A DNA stretch of 64,000 nucleotides, taken from the NCBI GenBank assembly GCA_013265495.1, contig MU058451.1, positions 1 to 64,000 on the forward strand. The letters run 5' to 3'. The DNA is from Vicugna vicugna. Taxonomy: Eukaryota. The stretch's first letter is position 1. Each line of letters starts with the position of its first letter. Positions 25,322 to 37,985 of this stretch are shown one piece after another. The translations under genes and the position numbers were made by a program. The notes below the pieces were generated by a model. That model saw nothing but the letters and a program-made list of their open reading frames with translations. It had not been told where the DNA came from and ran no database searches.

Positions 25322-25631
25322 TTGGCACAAGGAAGAAACCAGCACCATCAGCTATTCCTACCTCATGTCACACCTTCCCAGCCTCTTTCCCAGGAAAGCA
25401 ACATAGCAACAGAGCTCCACAACCCACAGCGTGTTTGAGCTCTGGAAGACCCCGGCCTGGCTGTGTGACACTGCACAATTCACTTGACCTCTCTGAGCCT
25501 CCGTTTCTTCATCTGCAAAATGGGCACAGGAACTAAAACATTACACAATTTTAAGTCATCATGGAACTTTCCACTCTACAAATAAGGAGACAAAGGGAAA
25601 GAACTACATCCCAAGTCCCCTATTCATTCCC

Positions 25632-26577
25632 AGCGTTACTAAAGAAAAAGAACAAAGCTGGAGAAATAAGCCACCCAGAATTCAGACAGTACTACAGACC
25701 TATGATCAAAACAGCATGGGATTCCTACGAAAACGGACATATGGATCAGTGGGACAGAAATCAGAGCCCAGAAATAAACCCGCAAACTTTTCGCCAATTA
25801 ATCTCTGACAAAGGAGAAAAGAACATACCATGGAGGCAACGCAGTCTCTTCAGCAAAGGCTGTAGGGAAAACTGGACAGCTGCGTGGAAATCAATGAAGC
25901 TAGATGACTGCCTAACACCGTACACAGAAATAAACTCAGAATGCCTTAAAGACTTGAACGGAAGACCGGAATCTATAAACCTCTTCAAACAACACACAGG
26001 CAACACATTACCTCACATACATCTCAGCAATGATCTCCTAGGGCACTCTACCCCAGCACCAGAAGGAAAAGCACAAGCACACACACACACGGGACCTAGC
26101 TGAGCTCCCAGGCTTCCGCACAGCACAGGGAACCATGAGGAAACCAAAAGGACAACCTACTGAAAGGGCGAAAATACCTGCAAACGATTCGACTGACAAA
26201 GGCTTCATTTCCAGACTACGTAATCAGGGCATACAACTTAGTAACCGAACAACACACACCCCAATCCAAACACGGGCAGAAGACCTGAACACGCATTTCT
26301 CCAATGAAGACATACAAACGGCCAACGGGCACACGAACAAAATGCTCACTATCTCTCCTTATCAGACAAACGCCAAGTCAACACTACAACGAGGCATTAC
26401 CTCACACACGCAGTCAGAAAGCCCATCATTCAACAGAAGTCCACAAAGGAGAAACACTGGTAGGCTGTGGACAGAAGGGGACCCTCCTACAGTGCTGGTG
26501 GCACTGTAGTTTGGCATAGCCACTGTGAAAGACAGTTTGGAGATTCTTCCAAAGACTAACTAAACCCACAGTTGCCA
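25632..26577 (+). mobile_element. LINE-1 ORF2 3' fragment, copy 2 (duplicate of ~7385-8332)
   Basis: Near-identical sequence and ORF (KAGEISHPEFRQYYRPMIKTAW). Confidence 0.9.
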
Positions 26578-26894
26578 AAACATTTCGATCTCGGGGGCAG
26601 GCCGACAACTTCCCAAAAGCCCCGGGCCTCGCCCATTATTCCAACCTGGAGGGCCCAGGGCGGCCTGCCACCGCCAGGCAGGTCCACCTAAACAGGAAGG
26701 CCATGGCCTGAGGACCGGTCAGAGGTGCTCCAAGGTCACTTCGGTGCCCTCCCACCTCCCGGGGCTGCTCCCGTTTTCCCAAAGCCACGTGCGAGCTGCG
26801 ATGAAGACACCAGGGTTCAGTGATTATTGATGGTGGGGGCGATGCACCACAAACCAGGGTGGCGGCCCCGGACCCGCCTCAGGGGCCTAATGGG

Positions 26895-28070
26895 CCATGA
26901 GGCCCAGGCCTCACCTACACAGCCCTCCCTGTGCGCCTCCCCAGTGCAGCCCAGGCCTCAGCCACCAGCTGCTCGACCTGCCCGCCCCCACCGGCGCCCC
27001 CTTACCTGCCAGGCGACAGCAGCGGAGACGAAGTCACGCAGCGGCCCGGACTCCAGGCCGTGTTCCTCCACGGGGAGCAGGCCCAGGAACACTCGGCTCC
27101 AGGCCTGATACTCATGCCCTGTGCCGGCTCCTGCGTCAGGCCACAAGTGTGCATCCGTGGGCGCGGTGCCCTCAGCTCCTCCTGCAGGTAGTGTAGACGC
27201 TGGGGCTGGGGCTCCTGCGGTGCGGGACGCTATTAGTGGGGCCGAACCAGGCCATGCGGGGCTTGGCGGTGGGCCAGTGGGGTGGTGGGGCTGGCCCCCC
27301 TCATGGCCCGGGACTGGCTGTGTCCCCGACCCCAACAGGGTCCCGGCACCCGATTAGAACCACTACCCACCAAGGGCCAGGCCACAAACCCCACAGTCCT
27401 ACTCCCCACACTCACCCCCACACACATCCCCCAGCCCTGTCCTGTCCCCCGCACCCCTTGACCAGGCCTGATCCCCGACCAGACCCCCAAGACAAGTCTC
27501 CTTTTATACTCCAGTCTCTGCCCCACTAGCTTCTAACCTATAGCCACCGCAAACAGGCTGCCTCTCATGCATCACCCCGGGTCCCCCGCCATCCTGTGAT
27601 CATCCCCTCGCCCTTCACCCTGGGATTGTCCACCACCCCTCAGCTGAGTACCCCTATTCCAAGTACCCCTTACCCCGGGCCGGCCCCTTCACGCCTCAGC
27701 CAGGTCACTTACAGTCGATAATGCCCCTACTCTTCAACCTGTCCCCTCTCACCGCAGGATCCCCCCTCGCTCTGAGCGCACCCCTACCCAAGCTGACCCC
27801 CTCACCCCTCACCCCACCAGGGGTGGGGCCATCTGCGTTCAGCTCACCATACTAAAAAGCCACCAGACAGCGGACACACAGCCCAGCGTCCAAGGCTCCT
27901 CCGCGGCGTGATGGCCAGGGCTTGAGGCCATTCCAATTCCCACCTGGGTGCAGGCCTGCACCCCAGCCCCATGCCCAGGGCCTCCTCTGAGCCAGGGGGT
28001 CAGGGTGGTCCCAGGCTGCAGGCTGCTCGCCAGTGGGCCTTGGGTGGGTGATGGCACGCATGGTGATCTG
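26895..28070 (+). repeat. CpG/GC-rich repeat unit, copy 4
   Basis: Colinear with 4950-6150 through gatggcacgcatgg. Confidence 0.85.
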
Positions 28071-28109
28071 GACCATACTCTCCTCCTGGAAGCAAGCTGA
28101 CTTGCACAC

Positions 28110-30420
28110 TAGCGTCTGGAGAATCTAGGGCAGCAAAGGCTACCCCTACGCCAGGTGGCAGGGGAGATCGGAGCAAATGGAATAGCTTGCTTTGGGCACC
28201 GCCCTCCCACCAACGCTGCCTGGATTGCCACTATCCTCTGAACACACGCTGCCTATATCCTGGGAGCAAGCTGACCTGGAGACGGGCGTCAGGAGGACCT
28301 GGGAAAACAAATGCAACCCCCAGGCCAGGCCCTGGGTGAGTTAGGAGTAAGGGGACCAGCTCGACCCAGGCATCTCCCTTCACCCTGCCACTGCTGCCAC
28401 CACCAGTGCTATCCCCTGAACGCATGAAGTCCGCGTTCCGGGAGTAGGTTGACTGAGACATCTGTGTCCTGAGATTTGGGCAGCAGAGACTGCCCCCAGG
28501 CCAGGCCGCTGCGGAGATGGGACCAAATAGACCAGGTTGCCCCGGGCAACCTCTCCTGCCAATGCCGCCTGCGCGCCCCTACCCTCTGAGCCCTACCCTC
28601 TGAACACACGGTGCCCGCCTCCAGGGAGCAAGCTGACCTGGAGACAGGCGTCAGGAGGAACTGGGAAAAAAACGCAGCCCCCAGGCCAGGACCCAGGTGA
28701 GATGGAAGCAAGTGGACCACCTAGTCCCGGACATCTTCCTTCCCCAGCCACCGCCAGTGCTATCCCCTGAACGCCTGGAGTCCGCATTCCGGGAGTAGGC
28801 TGACTGAGACATCTGTGTCCTGAAATTGGGGCAGCAGAGGCTGCCCGCAGGCCAGGCCGCGGGGGAGATGGGAGCAAATCAACAGGCTTCCACGTGCATG
28901 CACCACCACCCCACCACGCCACGGCCTGAGAGCCCCTGGCTACCTCGCGAACGCCTACTGACCAGGATACGTGCGTCCTGAGAACCTGCGGCAGTAGAGG
29001 CCGTCCATAGGCAAGGCGCGGGGTAGATGGGGCAGCCAGGAGCAAGTCGATGGTGTCCCACAGAGCAGCTGCCCTCCATGCATCGCTGTGGTAAACATTT
29101 CTTGAACCCAACTCACCTGCCTACCCAAGCCTACTGCCCTAGAGAGATGCATGGCCAACTTGGGGCAGCAGAGGGCACCCCTAGGCCAGGCCGGGAGGGA
29201 GATGGGAACCAATCCACGAGGCCACCTCACACCAGCTGCCACTGCCGCCTCCCCTTCATCGCACCATGCCTCCTTCCCAAGTGTCGGCTATGAACCCGAG
29301 CGTCAGGGGAAACTGAGGCAAAAGAGGCCACCCCCAGAAAAGGCCGCGGGGAAGATGGGAACAAGTGGAGGCTCGTCAGGGCATCCCCCCCCCTCACACA
29401 GCCGCCACCGCCGTCGGCCCCACAGCCAAGGCCCCTGACCAAACCGCGCCTGACTCTAGGGAGCAGGCTGCGCTCAAGAATCTGTGGCAGCAGAGGTCAC
29501 CCCCAGGCCAGGCGCAGTGGAGACTGGGGACACAGAAGAGACCAAATAGACAGACTCCCACGGGGCAGCACCCCTTCACCCCACCTCCGTCGCTGCCCCC
29601 CTAACCACACCGCGCAGCTTCCTGCGAGCCCACTGACTGACCTGGAGAGGTGCATCCAGGGAACCTGGGGCAGCAAAGGGCGCCCCAGGCTAGGCCATGG
29701 CAGCGATGGGAGCAAATCGATGGGCTCCCACATTGCAGGACCCCTCCCCTTCCAGCTGCTGCCTCTGCCGTCACCACTTGAGCACACAGGGCTGCCTTGG
29801 GAACAGACTGAACCAGAGACGCGGGTCCCACGAACCTGGGGCAGCAGAGGCCACCCCCAGGCCAGGCAAGGTATAGATAGGGCAGCTGAGAGCAAATCGA
29901 CGGGGTCACACCCGGCAGCCACCCTTCCCGCCTTGCCACAGCAAACTATCCCTGACCTCAACTCGCCCGCCTCCCAGGAGCCTACTGCCCTAGAGAGACG
30001 TGTAGACAACTTGGGGCAGCAGAGGGCGTCCCCAGGCCAGGCCACGGGGGAGATGAGAGCACATCAGTGGGTTCCCATATGGCAGCCCCCATATCCCCGC
30101 CGCGGCCACCTGATGGCACTAGACCACCTCTCTGCAGCGGGCTAACAGGCATACATGATTCCAGGGAACCTGAGCCAGCAGAGGTCTCCCCCGTGCCAGG
30201 CTGAGGAGGGGGAAGATGGGAGCAAATGTACCGGCTCCCAAAGGGCAGCACCTACCTACCCCCCTCAGCCACTGCCGCTGTAACCATCGGGGTCACCTGA
30301 CCCCACTGGGCCACCTCCCAGGATCAGGCTGAGGGGAACGTGCTTCTCCAACCTGGGGCAGCAGAGGCCAGGTCCCATTGGAGATGGTAGCAAATCCAGG
30401 GTCTCCCACGTGGCATCCCC
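28110..30420 (+). repeat. Diverged GC-rich tandem satellite, ~170-bp period, ~14 units
   Basis: Recurrent ggggcagcagagg...ccccaggccaggcc...gagatgggagcaaat. Confidence 0.8.
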
Positions 30421-31699
30421 CCTGCTGTTGCTGCTGGAATTCATTGTTCTTAGTCTCGCTTAAGCGCAGATGAACTGTATGTAGAACAAGTTTTTTAGAA
30501 GATAAACCTTGTTCTTGGGTTGTGAATTCCAATCAGCAAAATGGTAAGGTGTTTATTTTTGCCCAAACATGCGGATCTGCCTGTAAATTTTTTTTTTAAA
30601 TCATACCATTTGATTATGCTTAGAAAACCCTTCAGATTTGGTTTTAGGACGATGATGTTATAGTCTTAACTATTTTCTCAATTCCAATTAAATCACCTAA
30701 GTTGTTAAAATTTCTACATGTGTCGTAAGTAGAGTTACCATAAAGCTGTTAGTTTTTAAACTATTGAGATATATATATATATATATCTCCATATATATGT
30801 ATAACTTGTCCCAATAAGACATATAAATACTGTCTTCTCAAATCTAGTGGTAAAAAAATCTTTCCCACATAATCATACAGCAACTCTGGTATCTTACATT
30901 GCTTCTCAAATAATGTGAAGAACAAATAAATACTTTAAATGTTGATAACAACCTGTTCTGAGCCAAGAGGAGAGATCTAATACAGAGGAAGAGTGCATCC
31001 AAAACATATTCCATAAACTACGTTGTTAAAACAGCCTAAAGTCAGTATAAAAAGAGAAGCAGAAAGGGACATGTGAAAGCTTTAAACTGCTTAATGCAGC
31101 AGAGAAACCCTGTTCACACTACTCATTGCTTTCCCTTTTTTCTTATTTAATTTCTAATATTTTCCTCCCAACGATGTAGGTTAAGCCAGGATTTTCACTT
31201 CACTCCATTCTTTGGCAAGTAATTGCGCTTTGCCCTGGGTTTCCATTCCCAGTTTACTAGAGAAAGCCAAAGCAAAAGCAGAAAAAAATAAAAGCAAAAT
31301 GGAAACAAAGTAAAATCATTCACAGAAAACAAGTCAGTGCCTAGGTGATATTTGCAGGAGACTTATGCATGAGAACAATACCTCTAGCACATTTCTCATC
31401 CTAGAAACACAGCAAGAAAAGTAATAAGATCAATCTTAATGTCACTGACTTTTAATGAAATAAAGTTTTCAAGATCTGTCTGGACCCAAGCTTGGCGTGG
31501 ACAGAATGAGTGCTCCTTTACCAGTTTACTTTGAAAGGAACAAAGAAGAGTGTTAATAACACTAAGGGCTTTTACTGCAGTGCCCCTCTCTGCGTTCATA
31601 AAGCCATTTAACAATCCTGAGGTGAAAATCTCCATGGGTTCCACACCTCACTCCATCCTTTACTCACAGGGACACTGTGGGTTGTCCTAATGATAGGAG

Positions 31700-32202
31700 T
31701 GTAAAAGAAAAGAACAAATCTGACTTCATATACTAAATCTGTTCCTTTGACTTTAACCCTGTGCTGTTTCCTAGGTTTCGTCTTCCTGGTTCTGCACCTT
31801 TTGTAAATCAATGTTGCCTAGAGTCTGAAATGTATGGGAGAGCCTATTCTCAGGCTCTGACCTTTAAGGATATTCACACTTTTCTGTTCATATAAAGATA
31901 ACAAGTTGCAGAATAGAAACTAACATTTGTTTTGTTGGAGGTTTACAGGGAAACCATAATCTGACCCATGTGGACAGCTGCAAAAAGCAAAGGATTCCAA
32001 TAACAAAGAATTCCTACACCAAGAAGTTTGCAACAAGCAAGCACACTCCCTCCCCTTTTTAGTTGAAAAAGAGCCTGAATTCTGACTTGGGGAAGATGGG
32101 TTTCCAGTACATCAGTCTGCCAACTTGGTCTACCAGCTTTCCAGATAAAGTCACTATTCCTTGCCCCAACACCTTGTCTCCTGATTCATTGGCCTGTCAC
32201 GT
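31700..32202 (+). mobile_element. LTR of the same family as 23234-23759, 3'-truncated
   Basis: Colinear homology (atctgact...gagagcctatt...tttgttggaggtttacag...taaagtcactattccttg). Confidence 0.7.
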
Positions 32203-33900
32203 GGGAAACCAGAAGGAGCTCTTAGGCTGGGACAAATACCTCCTCCCTGACAGAACATGGGGAGGTGGCCCCTACACCTGCCGGTCAAAACAGGCCTCCC
32301 CTCTTTACTCTGCTGCAGTAACCCAGGGGCAGGGCCCCACCTTCCCTGAGACTGGGGTAGTCCATAATCCAGCCTGCTTTGCTCCAGGCCCCTTCACCTA
32401 AGAGCATCTTGGAGGAGGGGAATGTAGGCAGAACAGGAAGCAATGAGGATGAACATTTGTTGCTGGCAGCAGCAGCAATGATGGGTGTCTAAGAATGACA
32501 CACTGAACAAAAGACAACATAACTGTCCAGAGGTAGTTTGTGACCAGAGGAAAGATGGAACCAGAACCTTGGGGGGTAGGGAGGAGCAGAAGTGTGGGGG
32601 TGGGTTAGCTCCTTGTTATTAGTGCCCCATGTGAGGGAAGGGGAAACTGAGGCTGAGAGTGTAAACAGATGGGGAGTGGCTCAAGTCCACCTTGAGTGGC
32701 TGCCACAGGGAACCCAGGCCCCTGGGCCTCCCCTGGATAAAGGTAACTGCATCTCCATCACTGCAGTAGATTCCACGGTGAGGGCAAGGTGGGATAGAGC
32801 CTGCTTAGAGAGGGTAGGAGGTTAGACCCTCCTGCCTTCCTTCCTGTGCCCTCAAGGGGGCTGCCCAACCTAGTGCAGGGATGAGGCAAGCTGGGGAGAA
32901 AAATGGATGTGAGTGACACATGCTGCTGCTGGTACAGTGGGAGTGGGCCGTGTCAGAAGCGATGGGTCTTGGGCTCCTTTTAAGGCCAGGGGAGCCCTCC
33001 CAGGCCCCTTAATGGGAAGCCAGAGGGAAGAGTTAGGAATCAAAAGGGACCCCCAGACCAAGAGCCCAGCCAGCAGTGTCCCTACCACTGAAGGAGTGGG
33101 GACACAGCAGCTCATGGAGGAGCGAAGTGGGAAGTCAGCTCTGTCCAGGGGACAGGTGTGGCGCATGGGTGAGAGGGGTCGCTGGGAACTGAAATCAAAG
33201 GAAAACTGCTTCCCACTGGCCCAGGGACCCTGCAGCAGCTGGTGTGGGTGTAGTGTGGCAGTGAGGACTCAGGTGGCTGGCAGTGATGCGTGGACCTGGG
33301 GGAAGGGGTGGGCGGCAGTGGGAGGGAGCAAAGCTGTGCAGTCCACCAAGAAAACTCGTCCTTGGCGAGGGAGCCGGTGGCAGAGTGGCGCGGTCACTAC
33401 TGCTCCTCTGAGGACTCCTACCTGATGCTCGCTTCTTCCTCCTCCAGTGTTTGGGGTCGGCCCCTTGGTTCCTCCCTGGAGCTGTGGTGGTTTTCTGGAT
33501 CTTGGCAGCAGCCTTGTTTTTGCTGCCCTTTGGTGGCCCCAAGATCTCTTAGGTGTTGGCATTTTGCTGGGCTCCTTTTGACTCCCTACCAGCACTGCCA
33601 GGACTCACTTGAGGCCCTTGGCTCGCTCCTCAGGGCCATCCTTTTTCTGCTGGAAGCCAAGGGCTGGCTGGACTTCAAGCTCCACTCGCTCCTCCTCCCT
33701 CATCTGTGGAACATCTGGAGAAGCCACAGCTGGGATGCGCCAGCTTGGCCACCCGGCCTGCGGTGCACTCACTGGGCTGCAGGGGGCCAGGGTGCTGGGT
33801 GGTGAGGACCCACCTGGCTTTGCCACCACCGCTGATGGTAGCAAATGCGGATACCTTCTTGGAGCCGCGCCAGGGCCAGAAATGCCTGGACTCGGACTCG
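32203..33900 (-). pseudogene. HMGA1: HMGA1 processed pseudogene (HMGA1a isoform; 5'UTR, CDS ~33394-33693, 3'UTR)
   Basis: Intronless; SLKSSQPL, LVGSQKEPSKMPTPK, PKGSKNKAAAK...TTTAPGR and SSEEQ; HMGA1-like UTRs; start codon lost; frameshifts. Confidence 0.9.
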
Positions 33901-33964
33901 GGAGTCCCATTTACAGGTCAGTTTTTCACTATTAAAAACAATTCAGAAAAACCCTTGTAGACAG

Positions 33965-34362
33965 ATGAATTAATCTATGCAGGCTGCCATAACAGAATAC
34001 CACAGGATTGTTAACTTAAACAACAGAATTTTACTTTTTCACAATCCTGAAGCCTTGAAATCCAAGATCAAGGTGCTGGCAGGGTTGGTTTCTTGTGAGA
34101 GCTCTCTTCCTGGCTTGCAGACAGATGCCTTTCTCCTTGTGCCCTCAGTGGCCTTTCTTCTGAGAACACTTTGAGAGAGAGCTCTGGGTTCCCTTCCTCT
34201 TCTTAGGAAGATGTCAGCCTCATTGGATTAAGGCCCCAACCGTATGACGTCATTTAGCCTTAATTACTTCCTTAAAAGCCCTGCCTCCAAATACAGTCAC
34301 ATTGGGAGTTCGGGGGTTAGGGCTTCAACACATCAATGAGGGGGGGAATTCACTCCATAACA
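33965..34362 (-). mobile_element. MaLR (MLT1-like) LTR
   Basis: ggctgccataacagaataccac...aagatcaaggtgctggcagggttggtttc...tccataaca. Confidence 0.75.
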
Positions 34363-36879
34363 CAAACATTTGTACAAGTGTGTATTTTTTAAGCTGTAAA
34401 CTTAATACACACGTGTATATACATATGTATGTAAATACATGTATGTGTATATATGTATAGTATATCTATGTATCTACACAGAATGTACACAATTTTAGAA
34501 TAACACTGAAAATCTTATCATGCAAGCCATTTTATATCCTGCATTTCTCAATTATTTTGTCATGAGTCTTTTCTAGCAGTATTCAATATTCTGTAAAAAA
34601 TGATTTTAGCTGTTGTATAAAATTTTAGAGGGTTTGTAAACATTCTGGCTTTTGGGGTTGTAAGATCTTTTTCCTAGTTTCTTTTAACATGAAAGTGGGC
34701 TTTTTTTTTAAACCTTAAAATAATAAGGAAATTTATTGATACATACTACTTGAAGTCTCCAGGCAGAGTGGGCTTCAAGGTGGCTTGTAATCCTCTTCAC
34801 TGACCGTGTTGCTCTTGGTTCTGTCCTCTGTGTGTTGACTTCATCCCTGGACTAGTAGCTAGATGGTTGCAGACACTCTGGGTCTCCTATCCATGTAGGC
34901 TAATGACCAGAGAAAGGAGGTGACCACATTTTTCTGTCTCCCTTCTGAGGGCAAGACTACATTTCACAAGGAATCTCTGGAGAGTTTTTTTTTCTGAAAA
35001 TTTCCCCCCCCTTTTCAGTTTTATTAGGTAGAAATATTACAGTTTGTCTGCACATACACGCTACATTGCATATAAATAAATACAATATACTGCATATATT
35101 TTTAGTTTACATATATGTACTGATCATTGTTTCTAAGAACAGATTAGACCTTTAGCTTTTTAAGCTTACATAATTATCAAAAAAAATAAAGCCAACTACA
35201 GACAAGAATCAACAGAATGTGGCAATCCAATCATAAAGGACAGTCACATGTTCTTATACATATTCAAGAAATCAATCATCACTTATAAATGATAAGTAGT
35301 TCATTTGTGTCCTTATTATTATTGTTATTATTTTTAGGTTCCTCATATAAATGATGTCATATGGCATTTTTCTTTCTCATTCTGGCCGGAAGTGGGCTCT
35401 TATTGAAAGTAAATTTCTAGCCATCTGTTTCTTTTAAACCCATCCTTAGAAATTAATGACTCACTCACAGGACAGGATAATTTTGAAAACTTTTTGTATA
35501 CATTGCCAAATTTTTTACTCTTAGAAGTATATAAACTTACATGTCTATCAACTATATATCATCAGTGAGATTAAATATTTCATATGCCTTAGACATTTGC
35601 ATTTTTTCCTTTTTGCATTTATCTAATCAGTTCTCCTTTGAGATACGTATTTTCCTGTTGGTTATGTTTCCATTTTACTTACTAGACATTTTTTCTAAGT
35701 TTTTTTCTCTTCACTTTAATCAGGTTTATTGACATCATTAAGTGGTGCTGGGAAAGTGATTTTATTATTAGGGAGGAAAACAGAGCTTTCCTTCATAATT
35801 TACATATAAATATTTGTATGAAGCAAAATGTATAATATAAAATGATTAAAACTAGAAAAGGTGTATGTGTATATTTGTCAGAGCTTGGGTTAACTAGAAA
35901 ATCCATGCTTGTTAAATCTACTATGAGATTGCTGAGCAAAAAATGGTCTATGGGCTTCGGTTTCCACACAATTACAGGTACACTCATTTCCACATTTAAG
36001 GAAGACCTATCATGTTTAGGCTTTGTGTCCTAGAGAATAAAAACATGAATAACACAAAAACTTTACCTAATATGTTAGACCATGTAGGTGAAGAAAAATA
36101 ACTGACAGGAGTGTCCCTGTGCACAGCAGCTTGATGTCTTTCATAGTCAGAATGTAGGCTTCCAGGCCGTATGTTCAGGAGCTAGTGAAACAGCACGGCC
36201 ATAAAGGACCAAAGCCAATGGGGCTGTTCCAGAAACCTGTTTAGAAAAGTTCCTACCCAGGCAGCTTTGGTATAGTAGCTGCATGCCTCACTAATGACCC
36301 ATGAAATCATGGACCTTCACAAAGTAAAGAGTTTCTCAACAGTATCTAGACTAGACTGACTCATTCAACTCCTGTAGCTAAAAGCAGGATTGGAGGTGGT
36401 ATAACGTTATCTAAGTGTGAATTAAGACCTTCTTGAAATGTAGCTCTGATTTCTCACTAAAATTCTGGAGAACACCCCAGGAGAAGGACACATTCATATT
36501 TGAGTCTGTTTTATCTACAAACTAAGAGAATTCGTTGGCATGATACAATCATACAAAGAATTGCATTCTGAAAGAGACATAAAACTGCGGGCAAGACCGT
36601 GAAACTAGCTCTTTGCTGCACTGCTGTTTCCCATCCCCTCAATCTGACCCACTCAGCACAAGGCCTGAAATGTGCAACCCTTTCCTCATGAAATGTCCAA
36701 GCAACCAAGATGCTGTATGCACGTGCAACTCACTTAGTCACCATCTCCCTTGGAGGAAAAACAAAATGACTGTAAGTACATTTCTTACTGCTTCCCTCTG
36801 TCTGTCATTCCTTTACTCCTTTCCTTCCTTTTTTTCTCTTCTTTGACTCTTAACGCACTCACACCTCTTTGGTACCACG

Positions 36880-37985
36880 TGCCATCTGTGTGTCTTCTTT
36901 GGAAAAATGTCTGTTCAGATCCTCTGCCCATTTTTAATCAGGTTGTTTTTGTTTTTGTTTTGATATTAAGTTGTATGGGTACTTTGTATATTTTGAGTAT
37001 TACTCTTTATTAGATACATTGTTTGCAAATATCTTCTCCCATTCAGTGGGTTACTTTTTCATTTTGTTGAGTTTCTTTCCTTGTGCAAAACCTTTTTAGT
37101 TTGATTTAAGTCCCATTTGTTTATTTTTGCTTTTGTCTCCCTTGCCTGAGGAGACAGATCCAAAAAAGTTTGCTAAGGCCAATGTCAAAGGGCTACTGCC
37201 TATGTTTCTTCTAGGAGTTTTATGATTTCAGATCTTGTATTTTATAAGTATGTACTTTTATGTACATGGTGTGAGAAAGTGGTCCAGTTTGATTCTTTTT
37301 CATGTAGATGTCCAGCTTTCCTAACACCATTTATTAAAGAGGCTGTATTTCTTCCACTGTATATTCTTGCCTCCTTCATTGTAGATTAATGGACTATTTG
37401 TGCATAGATCCATTTCTGAGCTCTCTATTCTGTTCCACTGACCTTTGTGTCTATTTTGTGCCAGAACCATACTGTTTTGATTACTGTAGCTTTGTAATAT
37501 AGTTCAAAATCAGGGTGCATGATACCTCCTGATGTGTTCTTCTTTCTTAAGATTGTTTTGGCTAGTCAGAAACTTTTGTGTTTCAATACAAATTTAAGAA
37601 TTCTTTTTTTTTTCAGTTCTCTGAAAAATGCCATTGGCATTTTGATAAGGGATTGCACTGAGTCTGTAGATTGCCTTAAATAGTATAATCATTTTAACAA
37701 GATTGATTCTTCCAGTCCATGAACACAGTATACCTTTCCATCTGTATCATCTTCAAATTTTTTCATCAGTGTCATAGCTTTCTGAGTACAGGTCTTTTAC
37801 CTCCTTAGGTAGGTTTATTCCTAGGTATTTTATTATTTTTGATGACATTGTAAATGGGATTGTTTTCTTAATTTCTCTTTCTGATAGTTTGTTTTTAGTG
37901 TATAAAAATGCAATAGATTTGTGCATATTAATTTTGTGTCTTGCGGCTTTACCAAATTCATTGATGAGTAGGGTTTTGGTGGCTT
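36880..37985 (-). mobile_element. LINE-1 ORF2 fragment
   Basis: ORF 37753-38076 LINEFGKAARHKINMHKSIAFLY...IKYLGINLPKEVKDLY. Confidence 0.88.

Noticed and set aside
28110..30420. CRISPR-like repeat-spacer array
   Set aside because: Mammalian context, degenerate repeats, mutually homologous 'spacers' and no cas genes
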